Shown here: positions 38,431-50,579 of the stretch, one piece after another
Numbering within the stretch: position 1 is the first letter of the stretch
How the letters are laid out: every line of letters begins with the position of its first letter
Assembly (NCBI RefSeq): GCF_001194135.2
Contig: NC_068986.1
Span: 29,999,670 to 30,063,669 of the forward strand
DNA: 64,000 nt
Direction: 5' to 3'
Origin: Octopus bimaculoides
Taxonomy: Eukaryota
Notes under the pieces: generated by a model
Seen by the model: the letters and a program-made list of their open reading frames with translations, nothing else
What the model was told of the DNA's origin: nothing
Databases searched by the model: none
Position numbers and translations under genes: made by a program

Positions 38431-38577
38431 ATAAAATAAACAGAAACAACATACCATAAATGTAAAGACCCCAAATACACATCAGATTCATGAGGGAAGG
38501 AAAATGGGCACTTGTGATGTTCATGCTTTCTTTAATTAAATGAGAGGATAATGAAGATGTCCTCCATGAATTTTTTA

Positions 38578-39251
38578 TCTTTTATCTTTTACTTGTTTCA
38601 GTTTTTTTGGACTGTGGCTTTGCTGGGACACTGCTTTGAAAAATTTTAATCAAATGAATCGACCCCAGTCCTTTTTTTCTTTTTTTTTTTTCTAAACCCT
38701 GGCACATATTTTATTGATCTCTTTTGCTAAACAGCTAAGTTATGGGGATGTAAACACACCAACACCAGTTGTCAAGCACTAATGGGGGACAGACACAGAC
38801 ACACAGACACACATACACGCACACACACATGATGAACTTCTTTCAATTTCTGTCTACCAAATCCCGTGTAAGGCTTTGGCCAGCCTAAAGCTATTGTAGA
38901 AGACACTTGCCCAAAGTTCCACACAGTGGGACACAGCTCAGAACCATGTGGTTGGGAAGCAAACTTCTTATTTCTTTACTGCCCACAAGGGGCTACACAC
39001 AGAGGGGACAAACAAGGACAGACAAACAGATTAAGTCGATTATATCGACCCCAGTGCATAACTGGTACTTATTTAATCAACCTCAAAAGGATGAAAGGCA
39101 AAGTCGACCTCAGCGGAATTTGAACTCAGAACGTAGCGACAGACGAAATACCGTTAAGCATTTTGTCCGGTGGGCTAACGTTTCTGCCAGCTCGCCACTT
39201 TCTTGCCACACAACTTCTTACCGCAAACTTCTTACCACACAACCACACCTG
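38578..39251 (-). mobile_element. SINE family B interrupted in its head by a SINE A
   Basis: B tail at 38578, CORE-like region at about 38900, head resumes at 39201-39251. Confidence 0.85.
38968..39200 (-). mobile_element. SINE family A (young variant), nested
   Basis: Near-identical to 11218-11449 and 60825-61058; GCAAACTTCTTA at 38959-38970 and 39223-39234. Confidence 0.9.
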
Positions 39252-39779
39252 TGCATATGAATACAGATAAAATATCTCTATCATCAACTATGAATAGTAT
39301 ATTTCCTTTTCAGTGCTTGTGTTTCTTTTCAAAGCAAACAGCTAAGACTTCTCTATATTATAGTGTTGTTCATATGGTTGGTGTTGTTCATATAGCTGAT
39401 GTCATCTGCCTTTGACAATTTATATATTATTTACTCTCTAGCTCTTCTGTTGTTTCTTCTCAAATATTATTCATAGGAGTCGTTACTGCTTTTATTGTAT
39501 GTCTATTAATCTGATCTCTCATGTTGGTCAAAAATAGACAAAGAAGAAGATAAATAGGGAGATGGATAGATACGTATATAGAGAGATAGAAATAAATATA
39601 TTTATATAAATTTGTGAACTGTGTGATATAAATATAATCAAATATTAATTAATTGAAAGAACATTCATTATGTTTAAGTTGAGTATCACATCAAATTTAT
39701 TTTCATGTGGAAGAGGTTGACAATAGCTACAAAGTTTCACCAGTCATTGGCTTTGCTAAACTTTCAGTGAAAATATGTC

Positions 39780-39983
39780 TGCCTATCCGTCTTCTGTCTG
39801 TGTACCTATTTATCTGTTTGTTTAGCTGTCTGTCCAATTATCTTTGTATTTGTCTGTCTATTTATCTGTCTGTGTATGTATGTATGTACGTATGAATGTA
39901 TGTATCCATCTGTCCATCCGTCCATCCACCCACTCTTCCATTCATCCATCAATCCATCCATCTATCTATCTATCTATCTATCC
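39780..39983. repeat. Degenerate tetranucleotide array (TGTC/TATG/TCCA/TATC)n
   Basis: Directly visible; ends in pure (TATC)n. Confidence 0.9.
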
Positions 39984-40417
39984 ATAGAGAGGAAAGTGTT
40001 GTCGAATGAAAGTTTCAATAAAAAATGGGTAAATGTGGCAAGAATGGTAAGAATGAAAGACGACACCATTTTAAGCATAGACTTGTAACAAAAAGAGACA
40101 AAAAGAGAGAAGGTACTTACTTTCATGTACCTTTAAAAAAAAAAAAGCCTGAGGTGACCGTGGTCTTTTCCGTAGGCTTTTCTCTCCACGGATAAACCTA
40201 ATCTGTTCCCCGTTTTTTACATTGACTGTGATACACGATCCCTATTGATCGCCCCCCCCCACGTTTTTTTCTTCTTCCCGCGATCCCTTTTGATCGAAAC
40301 CTCTCCCTTTTTTTCCGCGATCCCTTTTGATTGAAATTATCCCCCCCCCCAAGAAAAGCTCTACTTTGTAATTTGTCCATTTTCTGTATTTAGCCCTGTG
40401 TGGCTATAATAAAAAGA
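39984..40417 (+). mobile_element. 5'-truncated Tx1/L1-like LINE 3' end
   Basis: IERKVLSNESFNKKWVNVARMVRMKDDTILSIDL* (39984-40088) resembles Tx1-type ORF2 ends (ER..F...W.......L); CpG-rich 3' UTR with an internal repeat CCGCGATCCCTTTTGAT; AATAAA at 40408-40413. Confidence 0.6.
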
Positions 40418-40657
40418 TATCTATCTATCCATCTATCCATCTATCTATCTATCNNNNNNNNNNNNNNNNNNNNNNNNNNNNNNNNNNNTTGTAATTTGTC
40501 CATTTTCTGTATTTAGCCCTGTGTGGCTATAATAAAAAGATATCTATCTATCCATCTATCCATCTATCCATCTATCTATCTATCCATCCATCCATCTATC
40601 TATCTATCTATCCATTTATCCATCTATCCATCTATCTATCTATCTATCCATCTATCC

Positions 40658-40691
<34 letters not shown>

Positions 40692-40700
40692 TTATCCATC
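40418..40700. repeat. (TATC/TCCA)n microsatellite containing a small gap
   Basis: Directly visible. Confidence 0.92.
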
Positions 40701-41654
40701 TATCAATCAGAGAAAGTAAGAGGAAATCAAGCATTAATTACAATGATCTCACTCAGTTATCATACTCATTCAGTTTAGTAGAGACTGAAAAACCAAGAGC
40801 CATTGCTCAAACTATCGTTACAAAAACCTCTCCAATATGGTTGCTTTTAATTGATTAAACAGTTTTTATAGCTCACTCCATTAAGTAATCAGAAGCAATA
40901 TTTGCTCCAGTATTCATTTTAAAAATATGGTAACAAATAAAAAAGAAAAAAAATTTTCTCCTCGCATTTATGGTCAGCATTTCAATGTATTTTCCACTAC
41001 TCAGTATTATAGCCATTAACATCTGAAATAAATCATAGCATTTTGATGTTTTTCTCTGTAACTTATTGTTTTTGTTTTTCTATTAACTAATGTTTGTCCA
41101 GTGTTTATCCATATAACTTGCTAAAAAAAAAAAAAAGGAAAAAAGGAACCTGCATTTTGAAAAGCAGGAAAATTAACAAGATATTTTTTATTTGGCTTAG
41201 TAATCGTTAATAAAACAAATTTGGATTTTCTGACTTAAGTAGATTCTTATGTACCAGAGCAGAGACACCCTCATAGAATCAGTCATGCAAACATACCAGA
41301 TAAAATATGGTAAAATCCAGAATCCAAGGAAACTAGTGATGGCTTGCATTTAGTCAAACCATCACCAGTTTGCATTTAGTCAAACCATCGGCAGCATTTA
41401 ATTCATAGGAGAGTTTGATAAATTCAGTTGTCGTGAGGAGTGAAGAATATACTATTTCAGACTTGGTCCTTGTCTTTCATCTTGGAGTTAGGAAGAGAGA
41501 GAAACTTATGATCTGTGCCAGCAGTAGTTTTGAAGTGATTGATAAGAGAGCTTGATAACTTCACCTCAAGGCCCTTACCCTTCATCTGAAAGTGAATATG
41601 ATAACAGCCATATAAAAATAACAGAAATACATAACTGTCAGTAGTTGTTAAATA

Positions 41655-42344
41655 ATGGTTTCTAATTTAGACACAAGGCCAGCAATTTTGGAGGTAGTGG
41701 GTTAGCCAGTATCATCAACCCCATTGCTTGTTGAGTACTGTACTTTATCAACCTAGAAGAATGAAAGGTAAAATTGACATTGAGAGGATTTGAACTCAGA
41801 ACATAGAGAACCAGAAGAAATACGCAAGATGCTCTAAATGATTCTGCCAATCCATCACCATTTGCCATCCACCACAAAATAATAATAATAATAATAATTT
41901 TTTAAAAATTTCTACTATAAGCACAAGGCCTGAAATTTTGAGGAAAGGGGCTCATTGATTACATTAACCCCCAGTACATATTTTATTGACCACAAAAGGG
42001 TGAAGTGCAAAGTTGATCTCAATAGAATTTGAACTCAGGATGTAATGAACTGGAAGAAATGCTGCTAAGCAGTTCTGCCAGCTCACTGCCTTTACATAAT
42101 AATAATAATAATAATAATAATCCTTTCTATTATAGGCACAAGGCCTGAAATTTGTGGGGAGGGGGTAAGTCAATTACATCGACCCCAGTGCATAACTGGT
42201 ACTTATTTAATTGACCCCAAAAGGATGAAAGGCAAAGTCGACCTCAGCGGAATTTGAACTCAGATTGTAGTGGCAGACGAAATACCGCTATCATTTCTCC
42301 CAGTGTGCTAACGATTCTGCCAGCTTGCTGCCTTTAATAATAAT

Positions 42345-42379
<35 letters not shown>

Positions 42380-42421
42380 TGATGACGATGATGACGATGA
42401 TGGTGATGATGGTGATGATGG

Positions 42422-42455
<34 letters not shown>

Positions 42456-42880
42456 CCATTTTACTAAAAAACATGAGATCTGAAAACTTTTTTGGTGGGG
42501 CACTAATCAGTTACATCGACCATAGTGCTTCACTGGCACTTAATTTATCGATTCTGAAAGGATGAAAGGTAAAGTTGACCCTGGCAGAATTTGAACTCAG
42601 AACGTAAGGATGGACAAAATGTTGTTAAGCATTTTTACCCAGTGTGCTAACAATTCTGCCAGCTTGCCTTGTTGTTCTATCATTAATAATAATAATCCCT
42701 TCTACTAAAAGCACAAGGCCTGGAATTTTAGGAGAGGGGACTCGTCGATTACATCAAACCCCAATGTTTCACTGGTACTTAATTTATCAACCCCGAAATA
42801 ATGAAAGGCAAAGTCAACCTCGGTGGAATTTGAACTCAACATAGCAACGGGTGAAATACTGCTAAGCATTTCATCATGCA
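41655..42880 (-). mobile_element. Array of five head-to-tail SINE family A copies
   Basis: Units at about 41655-41860, 41909-42092, 42121-42334, 42453-42668 and 42695-42880, separated by (AAT)n/(GAT)n. Confidence 0.9.
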
Positions 42881-43124
42881 TGTTAATACAATAGAGACAC
42901 AAAAGGGCAGCACCCTTTTGCAAGGGCTCAGTGACTGACAGGGGAACAAAGAGGAGGTAGTGGGGAGTAATTTATAAGTTATCCTTACATGTGTTCTAAG
43001 TGTTCAAACAGAGTGGACTTCATTGAAGGCACCCATATGTCAGGTGGTGGTATAAACTGGTAGATGGATTTAGTTTACTTTTTAATTTAGCACAAAGCTA
43101 ATTTTGAAAAAAAAAAACAAACTT

Positions 43125-43455
43125 GCACTCCGTCGCTTACGACGTCAAGGGTTTCAGTTGATCCAATCAACGGAACAGCCTGTTGGTGAAATTAACGTGC
43201 AAGTAGCTGAGCACTCCACAGACATGTGTACCCTTAATGTAGTTCTCAGGGAGATTCAGTGTGACACAGAATGTGACAAAGCTGACCTTTTGAATTACAG
43301 CTACAACTGGTTTTTTTTTTTTTGCCAGCTGAGTGGACTGGAGCATTGTAAAATAAGAATGTCTTGCTTGAGGACACAACACACTGCCAGGAATCGAATT
43401 CATGACTTTACAATCATAAGCTAGTTATTCTAACCACTAAGCCACATGCCTTCAC
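43125..43455 (-). mobile_element. Chimeric SINE: family E head and core joined to family D 3' half
   Basis: 43320-43455 matches E, 43125-43305 matches D; the whole unit is flanked by AATTTTGAA (43100-43108, 43456-43464). Confidence 0.8.
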
Positions 43456-43899
43456 AATTTTGAAGAAATATAGGTAAATTTCTCCATATCAAGCTTAGCA
43501 TATTTAACTGACATTAGCAGAATGAAAATTTTAAAAATGACTCTTGGAAGATTTGATCTTCAAAACTTGAGCTAACAAACTAAAGGACATCATAAAGCAG
43601 CTGGATTGTTCCTCTAACATTAGTGCTATTTCCACTGTTTTTTTTAAGCATTAGCATCACTTTACACAAAGATATCAAGCTACATATTGACATGTGTTAG
43701 GGAGAAAGGCAGTTGTGGCATTTATGCCTTTTCCATTAATATTGATACTGCAATCAATCTGTTATTCAATTTAAAACAACATTTCCTCAAGTTAGGATAT
43801 GGATTTCACTAACACCATCACCACCAGTGATTCAAACTCATCGCTTTTAATCTCTTACTTAATCTCCACAGCCCCAAGATTCTCTCACTTCACAAATAC

Positions 43900-43914
43900 A
43901 CACACAGATGTGTG

Positions 43915-43948
<34 letters not shown>

Positions 43949-44160
43949 TGTATGTATGTATGTGTATGTGTGCGTGCATATGTATGTGTGCATAGTACAT
44001 GTGTATATGTGTGTATAGTATATATGTATGTGTGTATGGTATATATGTATGTGTGTGTGTAAAATATATATGTATGTGTGTGTACAATATATATGTACAT
44101 GTGTATAATATATATGCATAGTATATGTGTGTATGTGTGCATGCATGTGTGTGTGTGTAT
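43900..44160. repeat. (TATG)n/(TG)n/(TA)n compound microsatellite
   Basis: Directly visible. Confidence 0.92.
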
Positions 44161-44199
44161 ACGTACTCCAATTGAAAGATGCTAACATCTTAAGCCATG

Positions 44200-45078
44200 T
44201 TCTCCCTTCACTCCGTTCGGCCATCTCTTATCCTATCTAATCACTGAATGTTAAAATACTCATCCGCTCTCAATATTATATGTTGTTTTCTTTTTTTCCT
44301 TCCACCTTCCTCTTAGTTTCTGTTTTTATTTTTCTAATGCTTATCCTCTGTCTGTCTGTCTGTCTCACTCAGTCTCTCCCCCCTTTCTCACCTCTGTCTC
44401 TCTCTTTCTTCCCTATTCCTCTACTTATTCAATCAAACTTAACTGATAAGCAATCTTTTCTAGCTCTCTTTCTCACTCACTCTCTCACTCACTCACTCTT
44501 TCCCTCTCTTAAACCTATTTTGGAGCTAGTGTACTGTTATTTAGGATGATAGTGATAGAAACTTCCTTTGGTATTAATACAAGGCAGCCCATGTGTAAAT
44601 AAGCATGCTAGCTTCAGTTTCATCATCAGCAACACACCACCAACTCCTCTCCCCTCTCTCTCCCTTTCTCTCTCTTTCTCCTTCTCCCTCTCTCCTACCC
44701 ACAACCAGCCGCCTACCAGCTTTTTTTTTATTCTACTTTTTATTTTTTTTATTACATGGCAGCTAAGATTGGTGAAAAATTGTTATGGAATGTAGGCATG
44801 GTAGCAGAGCTGATGCATTTACAGAAAGGGCACACCACTCTGTCGATACTGTGGCCGCTACCATCAAACGCTTGCAGTACTGGATAGATACAGTCTAGCA
44901 AGCTCTCAAGTTATTCTGCCACAACCACTGTTGCTGACAGAGGGGAGTGTATTTTTTTTCTTCCTTCGCTGACTCCATTCGGCAGCAGAGAAGAGGAATT
45001 AACAGACTGAAGTTGGCTCCAAGATATTCGTCTAATTTTTGTTTTTTTCGACACTAAACACACTCTGCTGTTTTTTGG
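44200..45078 (+). promoter_or_regulatory. Candidate promoter / non-coding first exon
   Basis: Non-repetitive, about 11 CpGs against few in the next kb, upstream CT-rich tracts, donor-like GG|GTATGT at 45079; no transcript evidence. Confidence 0.3.
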
Positions 45079-45474
45079 GTATGTTCATTGTTTATTCTGT
45101 TTATTTCTTTCTATTTTTTTTTAATTGAAAATTACTGTAAAACTTGCATAACAAAAGACAACAAAAAGAAGTGGGAGAGGGGGTAAAAAAAAAAAGGAGG
45201 GAAATACAAGAGTTAGGCTTAATCAAAATAACATCTTTTATAAATGAAATATTAATATTTCAGGGTTTGTTATTTCTTCCCCAACTGAAGCAAATGTTTA
45301 ATTGAAGGCATTTTTATTAAGTAATTTCTTTCAGGTTGTTAAACATATGCTTTGAGTTTTATCATTATTTTCATATGAAGATGTTTTCTATTCTGTTGAC
45401 TCCTGTTGATAAGAGATCTGCTTTTTAATCTCTTTCTGCAGAAGAGTTACACAGCTTTTATTTCATTTTGTGCA

Positions 45475-45545
<71 letters not shown>

Positions 45546-47197
45546 ATGCGTGTGTGTCTCATGCCACACACACACATACACACACACATTATCCATGTGA
45601 ATGAAATTTTGCTTGTATGTGTGTGTGTATAATATGTACATGTATTAACAAAGCTGATTAAAAAATACCCATAATGGCTCATCATTCCTTCTTTCACAAA
45701 ACTGTTGCATCATTTAGAATACTGCATCCTTTAGGACACTGTATCAATATTATATCTCCAAATTCTATTCATGCAAAAATTTTCAGTTATCAATGTTGCA
45801 GAATAATTGGTTGTTTCACTAGAAAAGTTAGATCAAGTGTAGGTTGGTAAAACCATTTTGGAATAATAGGAAGTCTTAGCATATATTTTGTTAGTCTGAA
45901 AAGGGTTAATCCCCAAGAATGAATTAAGTTTGATTATCCTTTTCTCTTAAGCTCTTTTCTTAAGCTCATCTTCTGTCTATCTGTTTATTATTATTTGTTC
46001 TGTTGCTCCAAGTATCTTTTTCTATGGTTTCAGTGTTAGGTTTATATTCGTTCACATTTCTTAAGAAAGATTCTTTTCTTTCTGCAAAATGTTATATTTA
46101 AAAAATTACTTTCCATTTCATTACTTTATTAATTTAAAACTGAAGCTTGAAAACAAGTTAATTTATTTATTCTAGTATTTATTGAAATATAAAAAGAAAA
46201 AGAAAGGAAAGAAAACAAAAAACATGTACAATGACATGGAATATGATTTTTTTTTTGTAATGGTATCAGTGTGAGAGGTTTGACAAATTCAAAAGACTTC
46301 CACTATGAAATTCACTTTAAGAAACATTATCAATGAAATTTTTATTATCTAATAATGTTTTTGTTTTTTTAATCAAATAATCCCCCAAATTCTTTGTAAA
46401 ATAATCTAATAAGTAATGGATAAGAAGAAAAGACATCAGTTTCTTCTAATCTCGTTACATAACATAAAAGTAATTCCAATGTGTTCTACCCCTTCAATGG
46501 ATTGTTTAGTATCAGCTGCACTGTACTACAATAAGTAAGTTTTTTCTGAGCTGAATCTATGTGAACTAGTTTCAATTCTCAGTTGGAACTGCATCACTTA
46601 TATTACTTAATACCTCTAAGAAAGACACAAATATCACAATTTCTCATTTTTCCCTCCCAAAAGATTCAGAACTCAATAAAACAATCATATTCCTCATTTG
46701 AGGGGGAAAAAATTAATAAAGATCGGATTTTGTTTTTTTACATTCAAAAAGAAGGAAAAGAAAACATAAAAATTTTACAAGTTCTGTTTTAGGATTAAAA
46801 TTTAAATGATGTAGTACTTTAAGATTGGATAATGTGGCATTTATAGAGGATTAAATCATCTGTATTTTCATTGAAACTCTTTTTTTTATTCCTCTCTTCA
46901 TCTTCTCTTGGCTCTTTATTGAAAGAATAATTTTTTGATGTCATATCTAATAAATTATAATATTAATTATAAATGATAAGATCCATTACACTGTGCTAAA
47001 TGACTCAACAACATTTGGTAGAATTAAATTTAGTGATAGATATTTAAAAAAGAAATTAAAAAACCCCCAGAAAAACATCTTTTAGAAATAATCATAGGTT
47101 TCCTAATTATCAGAAATGTCTTTAAGGTTAAAATACATTAAAATTTTTTTATGTTGTTGCTACTGCTACTACTACTACTACTACTACTTACTACTAA

Positions 47198-47414
47198 AGC
47201 CAGCAAGCTGACAGAATCATTAATTACTACACTGGACAGAATACTCAGTAGCATTTCTTCTGGCTATTTACATTCTGAGTTCAAATCCTGCCCCGGTCAA
47301 CTTTGCCTTCCATCCTTTCAGGGACTATCCCAGTTGAGTACTGGACAGTCGAGTAATTGACATAACCCTCTCCTAAAATCGCTGGTCTTGTGCCAAAAAT
47401 ATTATTATTATTAC

Positions 47415-47462
<48 letters not shown>

Positions 47463-47930
47463 CATTATTATTATTATTAGGAGGAGGAGGAGGAGGAGGT
47501 AGACTAGCTGAATCTTTAGAGCATCAGAAAAATGCCATGTGGTATTTGTCCCAGCTCTTTATGTCCTATGTTTAAATCTTGCTGATGTCAACCTTTGCCT
47601 TTCGTGTTTCTTGGAGTTGATAAAATAAAGTACCATGTACTCAACTAAACCCCACTCAAAATTTGTTGGCCTATGTCAAGATTAGAAACTATTTTTGTTG
47701 TTATTGTTAAAGCAGCAAGCTGGTTGAATTGTTAGAGTTTTGGACAAAAGGCATTTCTCTCCCAGCTCTTTACTTTCTGAGTTCAAATACCACTAAAGTC
47801 AACTCTGTCTATCATACTATCGGGGTCGATGAAATAAGTAACAGCCAAGTACTGGAGTCAAAGTAATCATAGACTTACTCCCTTCTCCAGAAATTGGTGA
47901 CCTTATACCAAAATTTGAAACTACTACTAC
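47198..47930 (+). mobile_element. Array of three head-to-tail SINE family A copies
   Basis: Heads at about 47198, 47500 and 47709; (CTA)n, (ATT)n and (GGA)n spacers; GAGTTCAAAT B-boxes. Confidence 0.8.
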
Positions 47931-49585
47931 TACTGAGTGGTGGTGGTGTTGTTGGTGGTAGTAGTAGTAGTAAAATGATTGATAAGCCATACTTAAGATT
48001 CTGTTGTTTTATTGGTGTCTTTTGATTTTCTTAATTTATTTTTCACTAATTACGATATCACTGTTGCACCTACATTTAAAGATATTCTAGACATGAGCCA
48101 TCCCATTCATTCATTCATTCATTCATTCATTTATTTTGCTTCAGGACATACTTATCCAATGTGTCCTTCCTATGTGAAGTAATGTGAAAGTTGATGGTGT
48201 TTTGCAACTATTTCTAGCAAGCTGAGCAACCACATTGAGGCTGCCTTGCTGTAGTTTCTCTTGTTGTTGTTGTTACTAAGAATTTATTTATTATTATTAT
48301 TTTTTTGTGACTTTCATATTTGTTGTGCAAATGAATCAAGCCAGACTGAATGCATTATAAAATCTAGTTCAACTCCCATCACTTGTATTATGTCCATTTC
48401 ATCCTGGAGTCCACTCTATGTTTTATCTATTCTCCCATGTTGACATCTTAAATGCCAACAAAATATTGATGTTTATTGGTTTTTGTAATAATTCAAAAGA
48501 AATTGTTAATGCAGTTGGTGTTGCTGATGATATTATTGTCATTATTATTATTATTATTATCATTATTATTATTGTAATGACTGATGTTGTAGTTGTGGCA
48601 ACACTGCTGCAATAATTGTCATTTATTGTTACTAGACGTGTTACTATATTACTACACTTGTTGTTGTTGCTATTGTTGTTGTAGTTGTTAGCACTATTGT
48701 GTTGATGCTATTTTAATTGATGTCATTATAATTATCACTTGTTGTTCTACTTAGTCTTGTTACTTATAGTGTTTTTGCAATCAATATTTTTGCTGTTGCT
48801 TCACTCTCCTACTCAATGTCAGTGTCGATCGAAGGCATTCCAGCCATAATTTCCTCAGCGTTTTTAAGAATATCTAGGCCTACTTACTCAATATGTCGTT
48901 TGCTTTTTTTTTTTTATAAAAAAATAGATGGGTGTGATTTGAGGGAGATTTTGCTACTATTTCTAGTAGGTTTTGCATAGTTGACGATCTGATGCAGACC
49001 CTAGTAGGCTTCATATTCTTTATAGATTTTGCATAGAAATTTCCTTATCAGTCTGAAATTTTTGATTTTGCTGTTGTCACTGGCAAATGGTGATGTCAAA
49101 CTTGTAGCAGCTGCTACAACTATTTATTGCCATATTTGCAACAACAAAAGAATTGGTATTAAGTATAAATTGTGGTTGTTGTTGTTGTTGTTGTTGTAGT
49201 TATCTCTTACCATAGCCTCTGAGACAAAAATTCATTAATATTAATACGAAAGAATCATTTAAATGAATATAATATCTGCTGTCCTGAATACATAGTTACT
49301 TTTGAACTCATTTACATATGTAACAATATTGTTGTTGTTTAGTCTCAGGTCAGTTCTGGTCAAGAGGCACTGCCTATGAGATGGAAGACTAGGAGGCACA
49401 TTGTAACTGGATCTGAGAATTTCCTGGGATCTCAGTAAATGTTTGCATGTATTAAAAACTAGTATTTGCAGAAGAGAAGGGAGTTTGAAAGAAACATTGT
49501 ACTCCTGCCTGATGAAATCCCCCTCAGGGGTCTGTTCAAAGATGTTCTAACCATGACTACCCATCTTTTTGTATATCTGCAACTA

Positions 49586-49746
49586 CATCATCATCATCAT
49601 CATCGTTTAACGTCCGCTTTCCATGCTAGCATAGGTTGGACGATTTGACTGAAGACTGGTGAACCAGATGGGTACACCAGGCTCCAATCTGATTTGGCAG
49701 AGTTTCTACAGCTGGATGCCCTTCCTAACACCAACCACCCCGAGAG
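49586..49746 (-). mobile_element. Family C 3' end
   Basis: (CAT)n CGTTTAACGTCCGCTTTCCATGCTAGC..CTACAGCTGGATGCCCTTCCTAAC. Confidence 0.88.
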
Positions 49747-50579
49747 TTACATTATTCAATATATTTTGAGACAGAAGTGTTGTGTGATTTGTGTGATTTG
49801 TGGGAGATTTAAGGTTTAACTGTTATTGCTAGCAGGTTGAGCAACATGCAGGGGTTTTATAGTTGGCAATGTTGTTGATGATGATGGTGGGGATAATTAT
49901 GATAAGATTTATGAAATATAGAAAAAAAGAGAAGAGTTGGGGGAAATAAAGGAACCACAACTACTATATCATATATCAATTTCTTCAATTAAGATTTACA
50001 CCTAGATCCTTGGAGATCTACAATGTTTGCCATTTAAATGTTACTCATAGTGCAAAATATTATCCATGTTCTCTACTTGCTGTCATAGTCTACCTAATTT
50101 TTCAAATACATTTCTGTTGTCAGTAGTTTGTTGTTCAACAATCGGGTGAAAAATTCAAATCATATATTTATTTATAAAGAAACTAATGAGAGTATTTTTA
50201 TGTGTGTGAGTGTGTACGTGAGAGCGTGAATACATTTGTGCTTGTGAAAGAGTGTGTGTGTATACTGTGAAGTGGCAGTAACTAAATTTTCAGCTGAGTC
50301 TGAAATGCAGGATCAATTCACAGTTGAGCTTTTTCACTTTATTTAATTTACACCTCATACCTTTGTTTGAAATCATTTTCAATAGCCTGGAATAAGGTGT
50401 GCTCTGCTAATCTGTCTTTTTTTTTTTTTTTTTGGAGGTATCTCATGAAAACAAAATTCTCAGTAGTGGCCAAAGAGTTACAGGGCATTTTCACTACATT
50501 GTTACCTTGGGTAACTTGTTTACTGATACCTTGGGTCAAACAATGCTTTTTGAGTGAAATTTGATAGAAGAAAACTGTG

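Noticed and set aside
40368-40560. Duplicated 3' end of the Tx1-like element across the gap (and duplicated CT repeat across 53287-53361)
   Set aside because: Identical sequence on both sides of a short N run is most simply unmerged overlapping contig ends.
41655-42880. Repeat-spacer appearance suggesting a CRISPR-like array
   Set aside because: Units are about 200-bp tRNA-headed SINEs with microsatellite spacers, in a eukaryotic context with no cas genes.
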